DNA from: Candidatus Omnitrophota bacterium
GTDB taxonomy: Bacteria > Omnitrophota > Gorgyraeia > Duberdicusellales > 4484-171
DNA: 32,000 nucleotides
Reading direction: 5' to 3'
Assembly (NCBI GenBank): GCA_021735045.1
Contig: JAIPHU010000001.1
Location: forward strand, 75,890 to 107,889
Each line of letters opens with the position of its first letter. Within the stretch, counting starts at the first letter, position 1. Below are positions 1 to 7,592 of this stretch, piece after piece. Under the pieces are notes generated by a model. It saw only the letters and a program-made list of their open reading frames with translations, was not told where the DNA came from and made no database searches. The position numbers and the translations under genes are program-made.

Positions 1-2
1 CT

Positions 3-1388
3 TTAGTATCTAGATTTTCTTTAAATTATAATGTTGAATTTATTGGTTTTAATCAAGATATTGAAAATATTTTAGCTAAAGCAAAACTATTGGTTGCACC
101 TTCTTTAATTGAAGAAGCTTTTGGACGAGTGGTTGTTGAAGCTGCTGCTTGCGGAACACCGGTTGTTGCAACTAAGGTAGGAGGGTTTCAGGAGATAATT
201 AATGACAAAAAAGATGGGTTGTTGGTTCCTCCCGCGGATCCAGATTCATTGTCTGAGGCTATTTTAAGTTTAATTAATGATTCGGAGATGGCAGAAAAAC
301 TCGCAGTAAACGCAAGAAATAAAGTGGAAACAAAATACACTATGGATAAAATTTTAGATTCTTTAGGAATGGTTTATAAAAAAATAGTAAAAGAAAAGAG
401 GATACTAGTCACAAAATTTTCTTCTTTGGGAGATATAATTTTAACCATACCATCTTTAGCTCGTTTACGCCAAGAGTTCCCAGATGCGAAAATATATTTA
501 CTTACTTTAAAAAAATATGCTAACTTTTTTTATGATTGCCCTTATATAGATAAGACTATGGCTTTATCTTCGGACTATAAAAAGATAAAAAGAATTTTTC
601 AAATGAGTAAAAGGCTAAGAAGATTGTCTTTTGATTATATAATTGATCTTCAAAATAATCGGGTTAGTCAATGGATCAATTTTTTAAGTTTTGCCCGTAA
701 AAGTTTTGGTTTTAGAAGAAAGTTCGGGTTTTTGCTAAATTATACAACTGACTACAAAAGTGGTGAAAAAATTGGCCCGCTTGAGTCACAAGAAAGGATA
801 CTAAAGCTTTTAGGGATAACTTTTAAGACTAGAAAGTTACTGTTTTGGCAAACCAAGCCGCTTGATCTATCGCATTTTAACCTGGGAGAAGATAAGTTAA
901 TTGGAATTAATGTTTCTGCGTCAAAAAAATGGAAAACAAAAAACTGGCCCTTAGAAAATATTAATAGTTTTATTAAGTTGTTTGGTAAAAAATATCCAAA
1001 CTATAAAATTGTGCTTTTAGGCGATAAGGCTAGTTTGTCCCAGGCTGATATAATAAAGAGTTTTGATAAGAATAAAAAGGTTATCAATCTTTGCGGTAAA
1101 ACTAAAATCGTTGAACTCATTGAACTGCTAAAACGGCTAAAGCTTTTTATTACTCCCGATACTGCTACTTTGCATCTAGCTCAGTGCCTAGAGGTTGAAA
1201 CTATCGGCCTTTTTGGCCCAACTAATCCTAAGCTGCACAGTGTAGAGTCTTCTACTCTTAAGATTATCGACAAAGGCCTACCTTGCCAATATTGTTATAA
1301 AGATAAATGCAAAACTAATCGATGTATGAAGGCTATCTCGGCAAAAGAAGTGACGCTATTGGTAGGTAGTATTTTAGAAAAAACTTAA
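3..1388 (+). CDS. Bifunctional glycosyltransferase, 5' partial: C-terminal half of a GT4 (GT-B) domain fused in frame to a complete GT9 heptosyltransferase-like domain
   Basis: The frame is open from nt 3 to the window edge, so the TTG at 90 in the ORF track is not the true start. nt 3-390 read ...VEFIGFNQDIENILAKAKLLVAPSLIEEAFGRVVVEAAACGTPVVATKVGG..., a GT4 C-terminal sugar-nucleotide binding region. From ~nt 400, RILVTKFSSLGDIILTIPSLARLRQEFPDAKIYLLT is the GT9 N-terminal signature. There is no stop between the two parts. Confidence 0.8.
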   Translation, partial: LVSRFSLNYNVEFIGFNQDIENILAKAKLLVAPSLIEEAFGRVVVEAAACGTPVVATKVGGFQEIINDKKDGLLVPPADPDSLSEAILSLINDSEMAEKLAVNARNKVETKYTMDKILDSLGMVYKKIVKEKRILVTKFSSLGDIILTIPSLARLRQEFPDAKIYLLTLKKYANFFYDCPYIDKTMALSSDYKKIKRIFQMSKRLRRLSFDYIIDLQNNRVSQWINFLSFARKSFGFRRKFGFLLNYTTDYKSGEKIGPLESQERILKLLGITFKTRKLLFWQTKPLDLSHFNLGEDKLIGINVSASKKWKTKNWPLENINSFIKLFGKKYPNYKIVLLGDKASLSQADIIKSFDKNKKVINLCGKTKIVELIELLKRLKLFITPDTATLHLAQCLEVETIGLFGPTNPKLHSVESSTLKIIDKGLPCQYCYKDKCKTNRCMKAISAKEVTLLVGSILEKT

Positions 1389-1411
1389 CCCTTCTTCCCC
1401 TGCAGCTCTTT

Positions 1412-1559
1412 GGGGACGGTCCTTACCCTTATAACTCTTTTTAAATTAAGTACTTATGAATTAAAATATTTCAATTATGCTTTCTTTTTCAGTTGTTTAG
1501 AGATAATATTTATATAAGTTTCTGGCAATCAACAACTTATAATTAGAAGGACCGTCCCC
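1412..1559. repeat. ~148-bp AT-rich unit bounded by a perfect 13-bp inverted repeat GGGGACGGTCCTT / AAGGACCGTCCCC (MITE-like or bidirectional 3'-end element)
   Basis: Arms at 1412-1424 and 1547-1559 are exact reverse complements. The unit sits between two convergent GT genes. The right arm supplies the last 5 codons and the stop of the minus-strand gene. Confidence 0.6.
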
Positions 1560-2586
1560 GTTTAGTTAAGAGGGCTAGGGTGGTTTTTGCGACTGTTTGG
1601 GGGGTAATTTTAAGCATGCATTGGTGGTTTTTTGGACAGTTTTTTTGATAGCAGGGTACCGGACAAATATCATTTTCAAATAATAGATATCCTTTTGTAC
1701 GGTTTATAGGTTTGGTGCAGCTAGGGCTAGTAGGCCCAAATATTGCGATAAATTTTGTACCGACTGCTCCAGCTAGATGGAGTGGGCCGGAGTCTCCGGA
1801 TATAACTAGATCTAGCTGACTGTATAAACAGGCTAGTTGGCGCAAATTAGTCTTTCCGCTTAAATCTATAACTTTTTTACCAAATTGAGTAAAAATAGCG
1901 GGAATATTTTTTTGTTTATTTTTTGAAGTTATAAAAAAAGTTGAATTGGGATATTTGTTTAAAATTTTTTTAATTAGTTTTTGGTAGTTGGATAAGGGCC
2001 AATCTTTAGGGGGCCAGTTACTATGTGGGTTTATGCCAATTAAATAGTTGCCATTTAAGTGATTAGCTTGGGGGAGGATTTTTTCTAAATTTTTTTCTTC
2101 TGCTTTTCCTAGATAAACCTGGCAGTTTTTATTATCGATATTTATTCCTGATATTTTTAAAATATTAAGATAGTAGTCTTGTTTGTGGACAGAATCTTTA
2201 TTGATTACGGGTATTTTTTTACTGAGAAGTAGGGATCGTTTTTTATAGTTATAGCCGATTATCTCTTTTGTTTTTGCAAGAAAAACGAGTAAAGTTTTGG
2301 TAAAGGAACGATGGAGGAGGAAAGCTTTATCAAATTGATAAGTTCTGATTTTTTTTATAAATTTAATTTTAGAAAATATTGTTCTTTCTTCTTTTTTTTC
2401 ATCTAATTTAAATATTTTATCAATATGAGGATTATTTTCTAAAATCGGTGCCGCTTTTCTTGCTACTACAACAGCTAAAAAACTTTTTGGATAAACCTCT
2501 TTGATCGCCTTAAAAGCAGGAGTAGTAAGAATTACATCTCCTAGCCAGTTAGGTTCAACTAGTAGTATTTTTAATTGCTTTTTCAT
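1543..2586 (-). CDS. GT9 family glycosyltransferase (ADP-heptose:LPS heptosyltransferase-like)
   Basis: KILLVEPNWLGDVILTTPAFKAIKEVYP N-terminal GT9 signature; DSGPLHLAGAVGTKFIAIFGPT C-terminal motif. Start moved to ATG 2586 (MKKQLKILL), because the 16 upstream codons of the track ORF overlap the neighbouring gene. Confidence 0.8.
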   Translation of the reverse strand: MKKQLKILLVEPNWLGDVILTTPAFKAIKEVYPKSFLAVVVARKAAPILENNPHIDKIFKLDEKKEERTIFSKIKFIKKIRTYQFDKAFLLHRSFTKTLLVFLAKTKEIIGYNYKKRSLLLSKKIPVINKDSVHKQDYYLNILKISGINIDNKNCQVYLGKAEEKNLEKILPQANHLNGNYLIGINPHSNWPPKDWPLSNYQKLIKKILNKYPNSTFFITSKNKQKNIPAIFTQFGKKVIDLSGKTNLRQLACLYSQLDLVISGDSGPLHLAGAVGTKFIAIFGPTSPSCTKPINRTKGYLLFENDICPVPCYQKNCPKNHQCMLKITPQTVAKTTLALLTKRGRSF

Positions 2587-3643
2587 AAATTTTAATAAAA
2601 CTATTAATTTTTTTGCTAATATCAAACTTATCAATTACTTGTTTGTGAGCATTTATAGATATTTGGCGATACAAAACTTTATCAGTTGTTAGTTTGATAA
2701 TTGCTTGGCTGATACTTTTTGGATTAACTGGTTTTGACTTTAAACCAGTTTTTTCATGATCCACTAATAAATTTAGGCCATCGACTCCAGATACCACAGG
2801 CGGTATGCCTAAGTATTGAGCTTCAACTACCGAAAGGCCCAAAGGTTCTTCTAGTGAAGGAAGGCAGAATATATCTAATGCGTTTAAAAAGGCAGCCAGT
2901 GATCTTTGTTTTAAGAAAATGAGGTGGTTGCTAATGTTTAATTTTTTTGAAATATTTAGTAAGGTTTTGTGATAGTTGCCTTCTCCTAAGATGTAAAATT
3001 TTGCTTGGGGGTATTTTTTTAAAACTTCAGGGATGCTTTTGATTAAATACTGAAAGCCTTTAACTGGTGATAGTCTTCCGGAGCTACCAATTATTGGGTT
3101 TCCGGTTAATTTTAGTGGGTGTGTGTTTCGATTTAAAGCTTTTAAGTCGATTCCAGAAAGAATTGTTTTTACTTTTTTTGGATTTGCTCCAAAGAATTTT
3201 ATCAAGTCATCTTTTACAAGCGGGGTAATTGCGATTGAATATTTACCCTGGGCTTTTATTATTTTTCGTATTTTTCTGGCTTTATTTTTCTGATAAAAAC
3301 CGTGGAAATTAGCTACATGCGGTATTTTTGTGAAAAAGCTATTTAATTGGCAAGCAACCTGGGTAACTCGAGTATGTGAATGGAGTAGATCATAGGGGAA
3401 ATATTTATGTATCTTCGATAGTTGAACTGCAGTAGCAACAATTTTTGGGGAGAGTTCGTTTTTAGTTTTAATCGGAATTTTATAAATTTCTAGGCCTAAT
3501 TCTTTAAAGCGATATTCTTGATTGCCACCGGAGGAACAAACTGCAACTTTAATGCCTTTTTCTAATAAGTATTTAGCTAAGGTATAGGTATAGGTGGTTA
3601 TTCCACCGATATTAAGATGAGGCAGTACTTGTAAAACTCGCAT
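2555..3643 (-). CDS. GT4 (GT-B fold, group 1) glycosyltransferase
   Basis: MRVLQVLPHLNIGGITTYTYTLAKYLLEKG N-terminus; LPSLEEPLGLSVVEAQYLGIPPVVSGVDG EX7E-type motif; 362 aa. Confidence 0.85.
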   Translation of the reverse strand: MRVLQVLPHLNIGGITTYTYTLAKYLLEKGIKVAVCSSGGNQEYRFKELGLEIYKIPIKTKNELSPKIVATAVQLSKIHKYFPYDLLHSHTRVTQVACQLNSFFTKIPHVANFHGFYQKNKARKIRKIIKAQGKYSIAITPLVKDDLIKFFGANPKKVKTILSGIDLKALNRNTHPLKLTGNPIIGSSGRLSPVKGFQYLIKSIPEVLKKYPQAKFYILGEGNYHKTLLNISKKLNISNHLIFLKQRSLAAFLNALDIFCLPSLEEPLGLSVVEAQYLGIPPVVSGVDGLNLLVDHEKTGLKSKPVNPKSISQAIIKLTTDKVLYRQISINAHKQVIDKFDISKKINSFIKIYEKAIKNTTS

Positions 3644-3740
3644 TTAATTAAGATATCATAGTAACAAGAAGATGAAAAGAAAAAAACTTGCCCTCAAGCC
3701 GGAGAGAAGTTATATTATTAATCTAAGAAAAAACAAGTTT

Positions 3741-4673
3741 ATGAAAAAGATAAAAAAAATTATAGTAAATTTTCCCACTAATATTGGCGATACAATTTTA
3801 GCTTTACCGGCCTTAGACCGAATCAAAGCTAATTTCCCCCAAAGCAAGATTACAGCTATTGTTAGCCCGAAAACAAAAGATTTCCTTTTAAAAAATAATT
3901 TTATCGATATTGTAGTGTTATTTGATAAAAGATGGAAGGTCTTTAGGAAAATAAAATTTTGCTTGAATTTACGAAAAAAATTTGAGGTAATAGTTGATTT
4001 TAAAAATTCGATGTTACCTGTTTTTTTAGGAATAAAGAGACACACCCCCTTCATACGCTTTTTTCCAAAAAATCTTCATATTAAAGATAAATATCTAAAA
4101 ATTATAAAAAAGATTGCTCCGGAACCGGCTCAAGAAAAAAGCCAATTCATAATTTCAGAAGAAAAAAAGAAGAAATGGGATTTATCTAGCCAAAAAAAAT
4201 ATGTATTTTTTGGCTGTTTTTCTCGTTCTCATCGTAAGGATTACAATAAAAATAATTTAATTATTACGATTAATAAGTTACAAGTTGAATATAATTGTGT
4301 TTTGCTGGGTTTGCCGCAGGATAGACAAAAAATTAACCAGAATCAGTTAGGGGCAAGGGTAGTTAATTTGGTGGGTAAAACTGATATTGCTGATATTTAT
4401 TTTCTTCTGGCTAGTTATGCGAAAGTTGTAGTTGCAGTCGATTCTAGCATTATGCATCTATCAAGTTACTTAAATGTACCGGTTGTTAGTTTATTTGGGC
4501 CAACTTTGCCAGAATGTTCGGGCCCTTGGTCAAAAAATTCAGTAATTTTACAAAATACAGATTTAAATTGTGTTCCTTGTGAAGGCCAAAAAGAATGTAA
4601 GGATATAAAATGCATGGATATTGAACCAAAAAGAATAATCAGCGAAGTTAAGAAGATATTAAACAATGGATAA
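3741..4673 (+). CDS. GT9 family glycosyltransferase (heptosyltransferase-like)
   Basis: Start placed at ATG 3741 (MKKIKKIIVNFPTNIGDTILALPALDRIKANFP); DSSIMHLSSYLNVPVVSLFGPT; C-terminal four-Cys motif CVPCEGQKECKDIKCM. Confidence 0.75.
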   Translation: MKKIKKIIVNFPTNIGDTILALPALDRIKANFPQSKITAIVSPKTKDFLLKNNFIDIVVLFDKRWKVFRKIKFCLNLRKKFEVIVDFKNSMLPVFLGIKRHTPFIRFFPKNLHIKDKYLKIIKKIAPEPAQEKSQFIISEEKKKKWDLSSQKKYVFFGCFSRSHRKDYNKNNLIITINKLQVEYNCVLLGLPQDRQKINQNQLGARVVNLVGKTDIADIYFLLASYAKVVVAVDSSIMHLSSYLNVPVVSLFGPTLPECSGPWSKNSVILQNTDLNCVPCEGQKECKDIKCMDIEPKRIISEVKKILNNG

Positions 4674-5688
4674 GCCAAAAAAAATTTTAGTTATCAGGAC
4701 TGACCGGCTCGGGGATGTGATCCTTTCGACCCCGGTAATAAAAAATTTGCGTAAAAATTATCCTGACAGTTATATTGCTTTTACTTGCCGTCCTTATACA
4801 AAAGATATTCTTGAAGGTAATCCTTACTTAGATGAACTATTGATCTATGATAAATATGGCTATCATAAGAATTTCTTAGCGACTTTAAAGTTTGCTCTTT
4901 ATTTAAGAAAGAAAAAGTTTGATTTGGCTTTAGTTCTGCATCCTACCAACAGGGCTCATATCTTGGCTTTTTTTGCCGGAATTGCGAAAAGAGTTGGTTG
5001 GAATAAGAAGCTAAGTTTTCTGTTAACAGATAAGTTGGCTCACACCAAAGACCAAGGGAAAAAACATGAACGGGAATACAATCTAGATCTTTTGCGTTAT
5101 TTAGATATCTCCGCTGAAGATAAGGAAATTTATATTCCGGTACAAGAAAATGTTCAACAAAAAGTGGATCAGATTTTAGCCAAAGAAGGCATAGAGAGTA
5201 AAGACAAATTGATAGTTATTCATCCTTGCGCAAGCTGTCCTTCGAAGCGATGGCCGCAAAGTAAGTTTATCGAATTAGTTAAGATGCTCAAAGCCGAAGA
5301 AGATATAAAAATTGCAGTTATAAGTTCAGCTGATCAAAAAGAATTTGGTAAGGGGATATCGAAAATAGAAGGGGTAATTGATCTATGTGGGGCTTTGTCA
5401 ATCTCAGAAACTATTGCCTTAATTAATCGCGTGCGATTATTTATTTCTTGTGATTCCGGGCCAGTCCATATTGCCGCGGGTTTGAATAAACCAGTTATCT
5501 CAATCTTTGGTAGGTCTCAAGCCGGCCTTTCTCCAAAACGATGGGCACCAACTGGTAAAAACTCTTATTTTTTTCATAAAGATGTTGGTTGCAAAATTTG
5601 TCTTGCTCATAATTGCCAGAAGGGGTTTAAGTGCCTTCAGGCAATCAAACCAGCAGAGGTGTACACTCTCGCCAAAAAACTCATCTAA
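4666..5688 (+). CDS. GT9 family glycosyltransferase (heptosyltransferase-like)
   Basis: ATG 4666 overlaps the previous stop by 8 nt (ATGGATAA). KILVIRTDRLGDVILSTPVIKNLRKNYP; CDSGPVHIAAGLNKPVISIFG; C-terminal CKICLAHNCQKGFKCL. Confidence 0.85.
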   Translation: MDKPKKILVIRTDRLGDVILSTPVIKNLRKNYPDSYIAFTCRPYTKDILEGNPYLDELLIYDKYGYHKNFLATLKFALYLRKKKFDLALVLHPTNRAHILAFFAGIAKRVGWNKKLSFLLTDKLAHTKDQGKKHEREYNLDLLRYLDISAEDKEIYIPVQENVQQKVDQILAKEGIESKDKLIVIHPCASCPSKRWPQSKFIELVKMLKAEEDIKIAVISSADQKEFGKGISKIEGVIDLCGALSISETIALINRVRLFISCDSGPVHIAAGLNKPVISIFGRSQAGLSPKRWAPTGKNSYFFHKDVGCKICLAHNCQKGFKCLQAIKPAEVYTLAKKLI

Positions 5689-5690
5689 CT

Positions 5691-5832
5691 AAGGGGACGT
5701 TTCCCTGCTTTGTAACTTATTGACCGGTAAGATGTTATAGAACCTTGTTTTCTAACCAGTTCTAAAGACGGAAAATGCTTGTTTGTAACTTATTTATAAC
5801 CAAAAGGTTATAAACGAGGGGAACGTCCCCTT
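5691..5832. repeat. ~142-bp unit bounded by inverted termini AAGGGGACGTT / AACGTCCCCTT; same terminus family as 1412-1559
   Basis: 5691-5701 and 5822-5832 are exact reverse complements. Internal 13-bp direct repeat TTTGTAACTTATT at 5709-5721 and 5782-5794. The right end forms AGGGGA-ACG-TCCCCT followed by TTT, a terminator-like hairpin at 5817-5834. Confidence 0.55.
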
Positions 5833-5939
5833 TTGTAAGCTGTTACGCCCAGCGGCGTCTTTCATAGTTAAATGATAGTTCATAGGCGCCACCTCCTTTA
5901 TAATAACTTAAAACAAAAGGTGACGCTTGAAAATAGAAA

Positions 5940-5989
5940 ATTAACATTTCTATTTAGTAATAAGTATTAACATTTCTATATTGTAATAA
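5940..5989. repeat. Tandem direct repeat, 2 x 24 bp (ATTAACATTTCTATWTWGTAATAA) with a 26-bp period, ending 17 bp upstream of the rex -35
   Basis: 5940-5963 and 5966-5989 are 22/24 identical and separated by GT. Confidence 0.7.
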
Positions 5990-6006
5990 CAGATCTAAAT
6001 ATGGGG

Positions 6007-6034
6007 TTGACATCGTTTGTCTGTATAGTATAAT
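6007..6034 (+). promoter_or_regulatory. Sigma-70 type promoter of the rex-hydrogenase operon
   Basis: TTGACA (6007-6012), 16-nt spacer, TATAAT (6029-6034). It lies 30 nt upstream of the rex ATG. Confidence 0.6.
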
Positions 6035-6038
6035 TATT

Positions 6039-6060
6039 AATCGTTACTAATTTCACGATT
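6039..6060. promoter_or_regulatory. Candidate Rex operator (autoregulation)
   Basis: AATCGT-N10-ACGATT inverted repeat directly after the -10. The inner cgTTAC-TAAT-TTCACg resembles the TGTGAA-N4-TTCACA Rex box: right half 5/6, left half only 3/6. Confidence 0.3.
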
Positions 6061-6064
6061 TGCT

Positions 6065-6688
6065 ATGAAATCAATTTCACGTAAAACTATTGACAGAGCT
6101 CTTTTGTATATCAGAGCTTTAGAAAATTTGCTTAAAGAAAAGAGAGATAAAATTTCTTCTTTGGAATTAGCCGATATTACCGGCAGCTCTGACGTCCAAA
6201 TCCGAAAAGATATATCTTTTTTTGGTAAAGTAGGAACACCTCGAATAGGTTATGAAACAAAAAAATTAAAAGATATTCTAGAAAATTTTATTCTCCAAAA
6301 CAATGTTGTTCATATCGCCTTATTTGGTGTAGGTAATTTAGGAAAAGCAATATTAAAATATCCGGGCTTTCAAACTGATAAAATTAAATTAGTTGCTGCT
6401 TTTGATAAAGCAAAAAGCAAGTTATTAAAAGAAATTAATGGAATTAAAATTTATCCGGTTGAGAGGTCTGTTGAATTAATTAAAAAAGTTCATGCTGAAA
6501 TTGGAATCATTGCAGTTCCTCCCAGAAGCAGCCAAGAGGTTGCGGATATTATGGTTAAAGCGGGTTTAAAAGGGATAATAAATTTTGCACCAAGTTGCAT
6601 CTCTGTTCCTAAAAACACATTTGTTAAGAATATAGATTTTTCAATAGAAATATTATCGATTTTTTCTCATACTCAATTTCAGAAATAA
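6065..6688 (+). CDS. rex: Redox-sensing transcriptional repressor Rex
   Basis: Winged-helix N-terminus (SSLELADITGSSDVQIRKDISFFG) plus NAD(H) Rossmann GVGNLGKAIL...IIAVP. 207 aa, typical Rex size. Confidence 0.9.
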   Translation: MKSISRKTIDRALLYIRALENLLKEKRDKISSLELADITGSSDVQIRKDISFFGKVGTPRIGYETKKLKDILENFILQNNVVHIALFGVGNLGKAILKYPGFQTDKIKLVAAFDKAKSKLLKEINGIKIYPVERSVELIKKVHAEIGIIAVPPRSSQEVADIMVKAGLKGIINFAPSCISVPKNTFVKNIDFSIEILSIFSHTQFQK

Positions 6689-6708
6689 ATAATTTTTAGG
6701 AGGTAGGT

Positions 6709-7080
6709 ATGGCAAAAATTTTAATGGTAGATGATGACAGAGAATTTTTAGAAGCATCTAAGGCAGTGCTTTCGGCTGAAGGTTATCAAGTTATATTGAC
6801 TAAAAATGTTTCGCAAGCTGAAAAAAAGATCAAAGAAGAGAAGCCGGATATGATTTTTCTTGATGTGATGATGGAAGCACCTGATGATGGTATTGTTTTT
6901 GCCCATAAATTAAAAAAAGAAAATGTTGGTATTCCAATTGTTATGTTAAGTGCTATAGGTAAAGTTACCGGATATAGCCATAACCGTTGTGATGAGGTTA
7001 TGCCTTGTGATGGGTTTTTAGAAAAACCGGTTAATCCAAAAAGCTTATTAAATAAGGTTAAAAAGATCGTAGGTAAATAA
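6709..7080 (+). CDS. Single-domain response regulator receiver (CheY-like, no output domain)
   Basis: VDDD8-10, phospho-acceptor Asp52 (IFLDVMM), Ser81 (VMLSA), Lys105 (LEKP). 123 aa. RBS AGGAGG 8 nt upstream. Confidence 0.85.
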   Translation: MAKILMVDDDREFLEASKAVLSAEGYQVILTKNVSQAEKKIKEEKPDMIFLDVMMEAPDDGIVFAHKLKKENVGIPIVMLSAIGKVTGYSHNRCDEVMPCDGFLEKPVNPKSLLNKVKKIVGK

Positions 7081-7097
7081 TAGAGGAGAGTGTAGTC

Positions 7098-7577
7098 ATG
7101 GATAAAATGTGTTCAGTATCAAAAACCATAACTCAGGGAAAAAAGAAAATCCAGGTTTGTGATGCAACTCGTAGCCAACTTATTCCGATATTACGGCAAA
7201 TTCAGGAAAAAAAAGGTTATATATCTGATAAGAACATGCAAGAAGTTGCGTCTTCTTTGGGGATACATCCAGTTGAAGTTTATTCTGTTGTTACCTTTTA
7301 TTCTTTTTTAACTACTGAAAAAAAAGGAAAACATATTATCAGAATAAGTAATTGTATATCCTCGGTTATGGCAGGCAGTAAAAGAATTATTAAAATTTTT
7401 GAAAAAGAGTTAGGAATAAAGGTGGGAGAAACTACTAAAGATAAAAAGCTTAGCTTAGAAGAGACTAGTTGCATTGGGATGTGTGATCAAGCCCCAGCTG
7501 CTTTAATTGACGGAAATTTAATCGGCAAGCTAACGGCAAAAAAAGTAAAAAATATAGTTAAAGAATTAAAAAAGTAA
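7098..7577 (+). CDS. NuoE/HydC-like thioredoxin-fold subunit (module 1) with non-canonical [2Fe-2S] Cys pattern
   Basis: IPILRQIQEKKGYISDKNMQEVASSLGIHPVEVYSVVTFYSFL and SCIGMCDQAPA are NuoE-family hallmarks. The first Cys pair is replaced (ISNCISSVMAGS). Confidence 0.8.
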   Translation: MDKMCSVSKTITQGKKKIQVCDATRSQLIPILRQIQEKKGYISDKNMQEVASSLGIHPVEVYSVVTFYSFLTTEKKGKHIIRISNCISSVMAGSKRIIKIFEKELGIKVGETTKDKKLSLEETSCIGMCDQAPAALIDGNLIGKLTAKKVKNIVKELKK

Positions 7578-7592
7578 AATAGGGGAGAAAAT

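Noticed and set aside
6066-6079. Palindrome TGAAAT-CA-ATTTCA as a Rex box
   Set aside because: The TGAA/TTCA halves are spaced N6, not the N4 of known Rex operators, and the site lies inside the first codons of rex. It is kept only as context for the AATTTCACG repeat.
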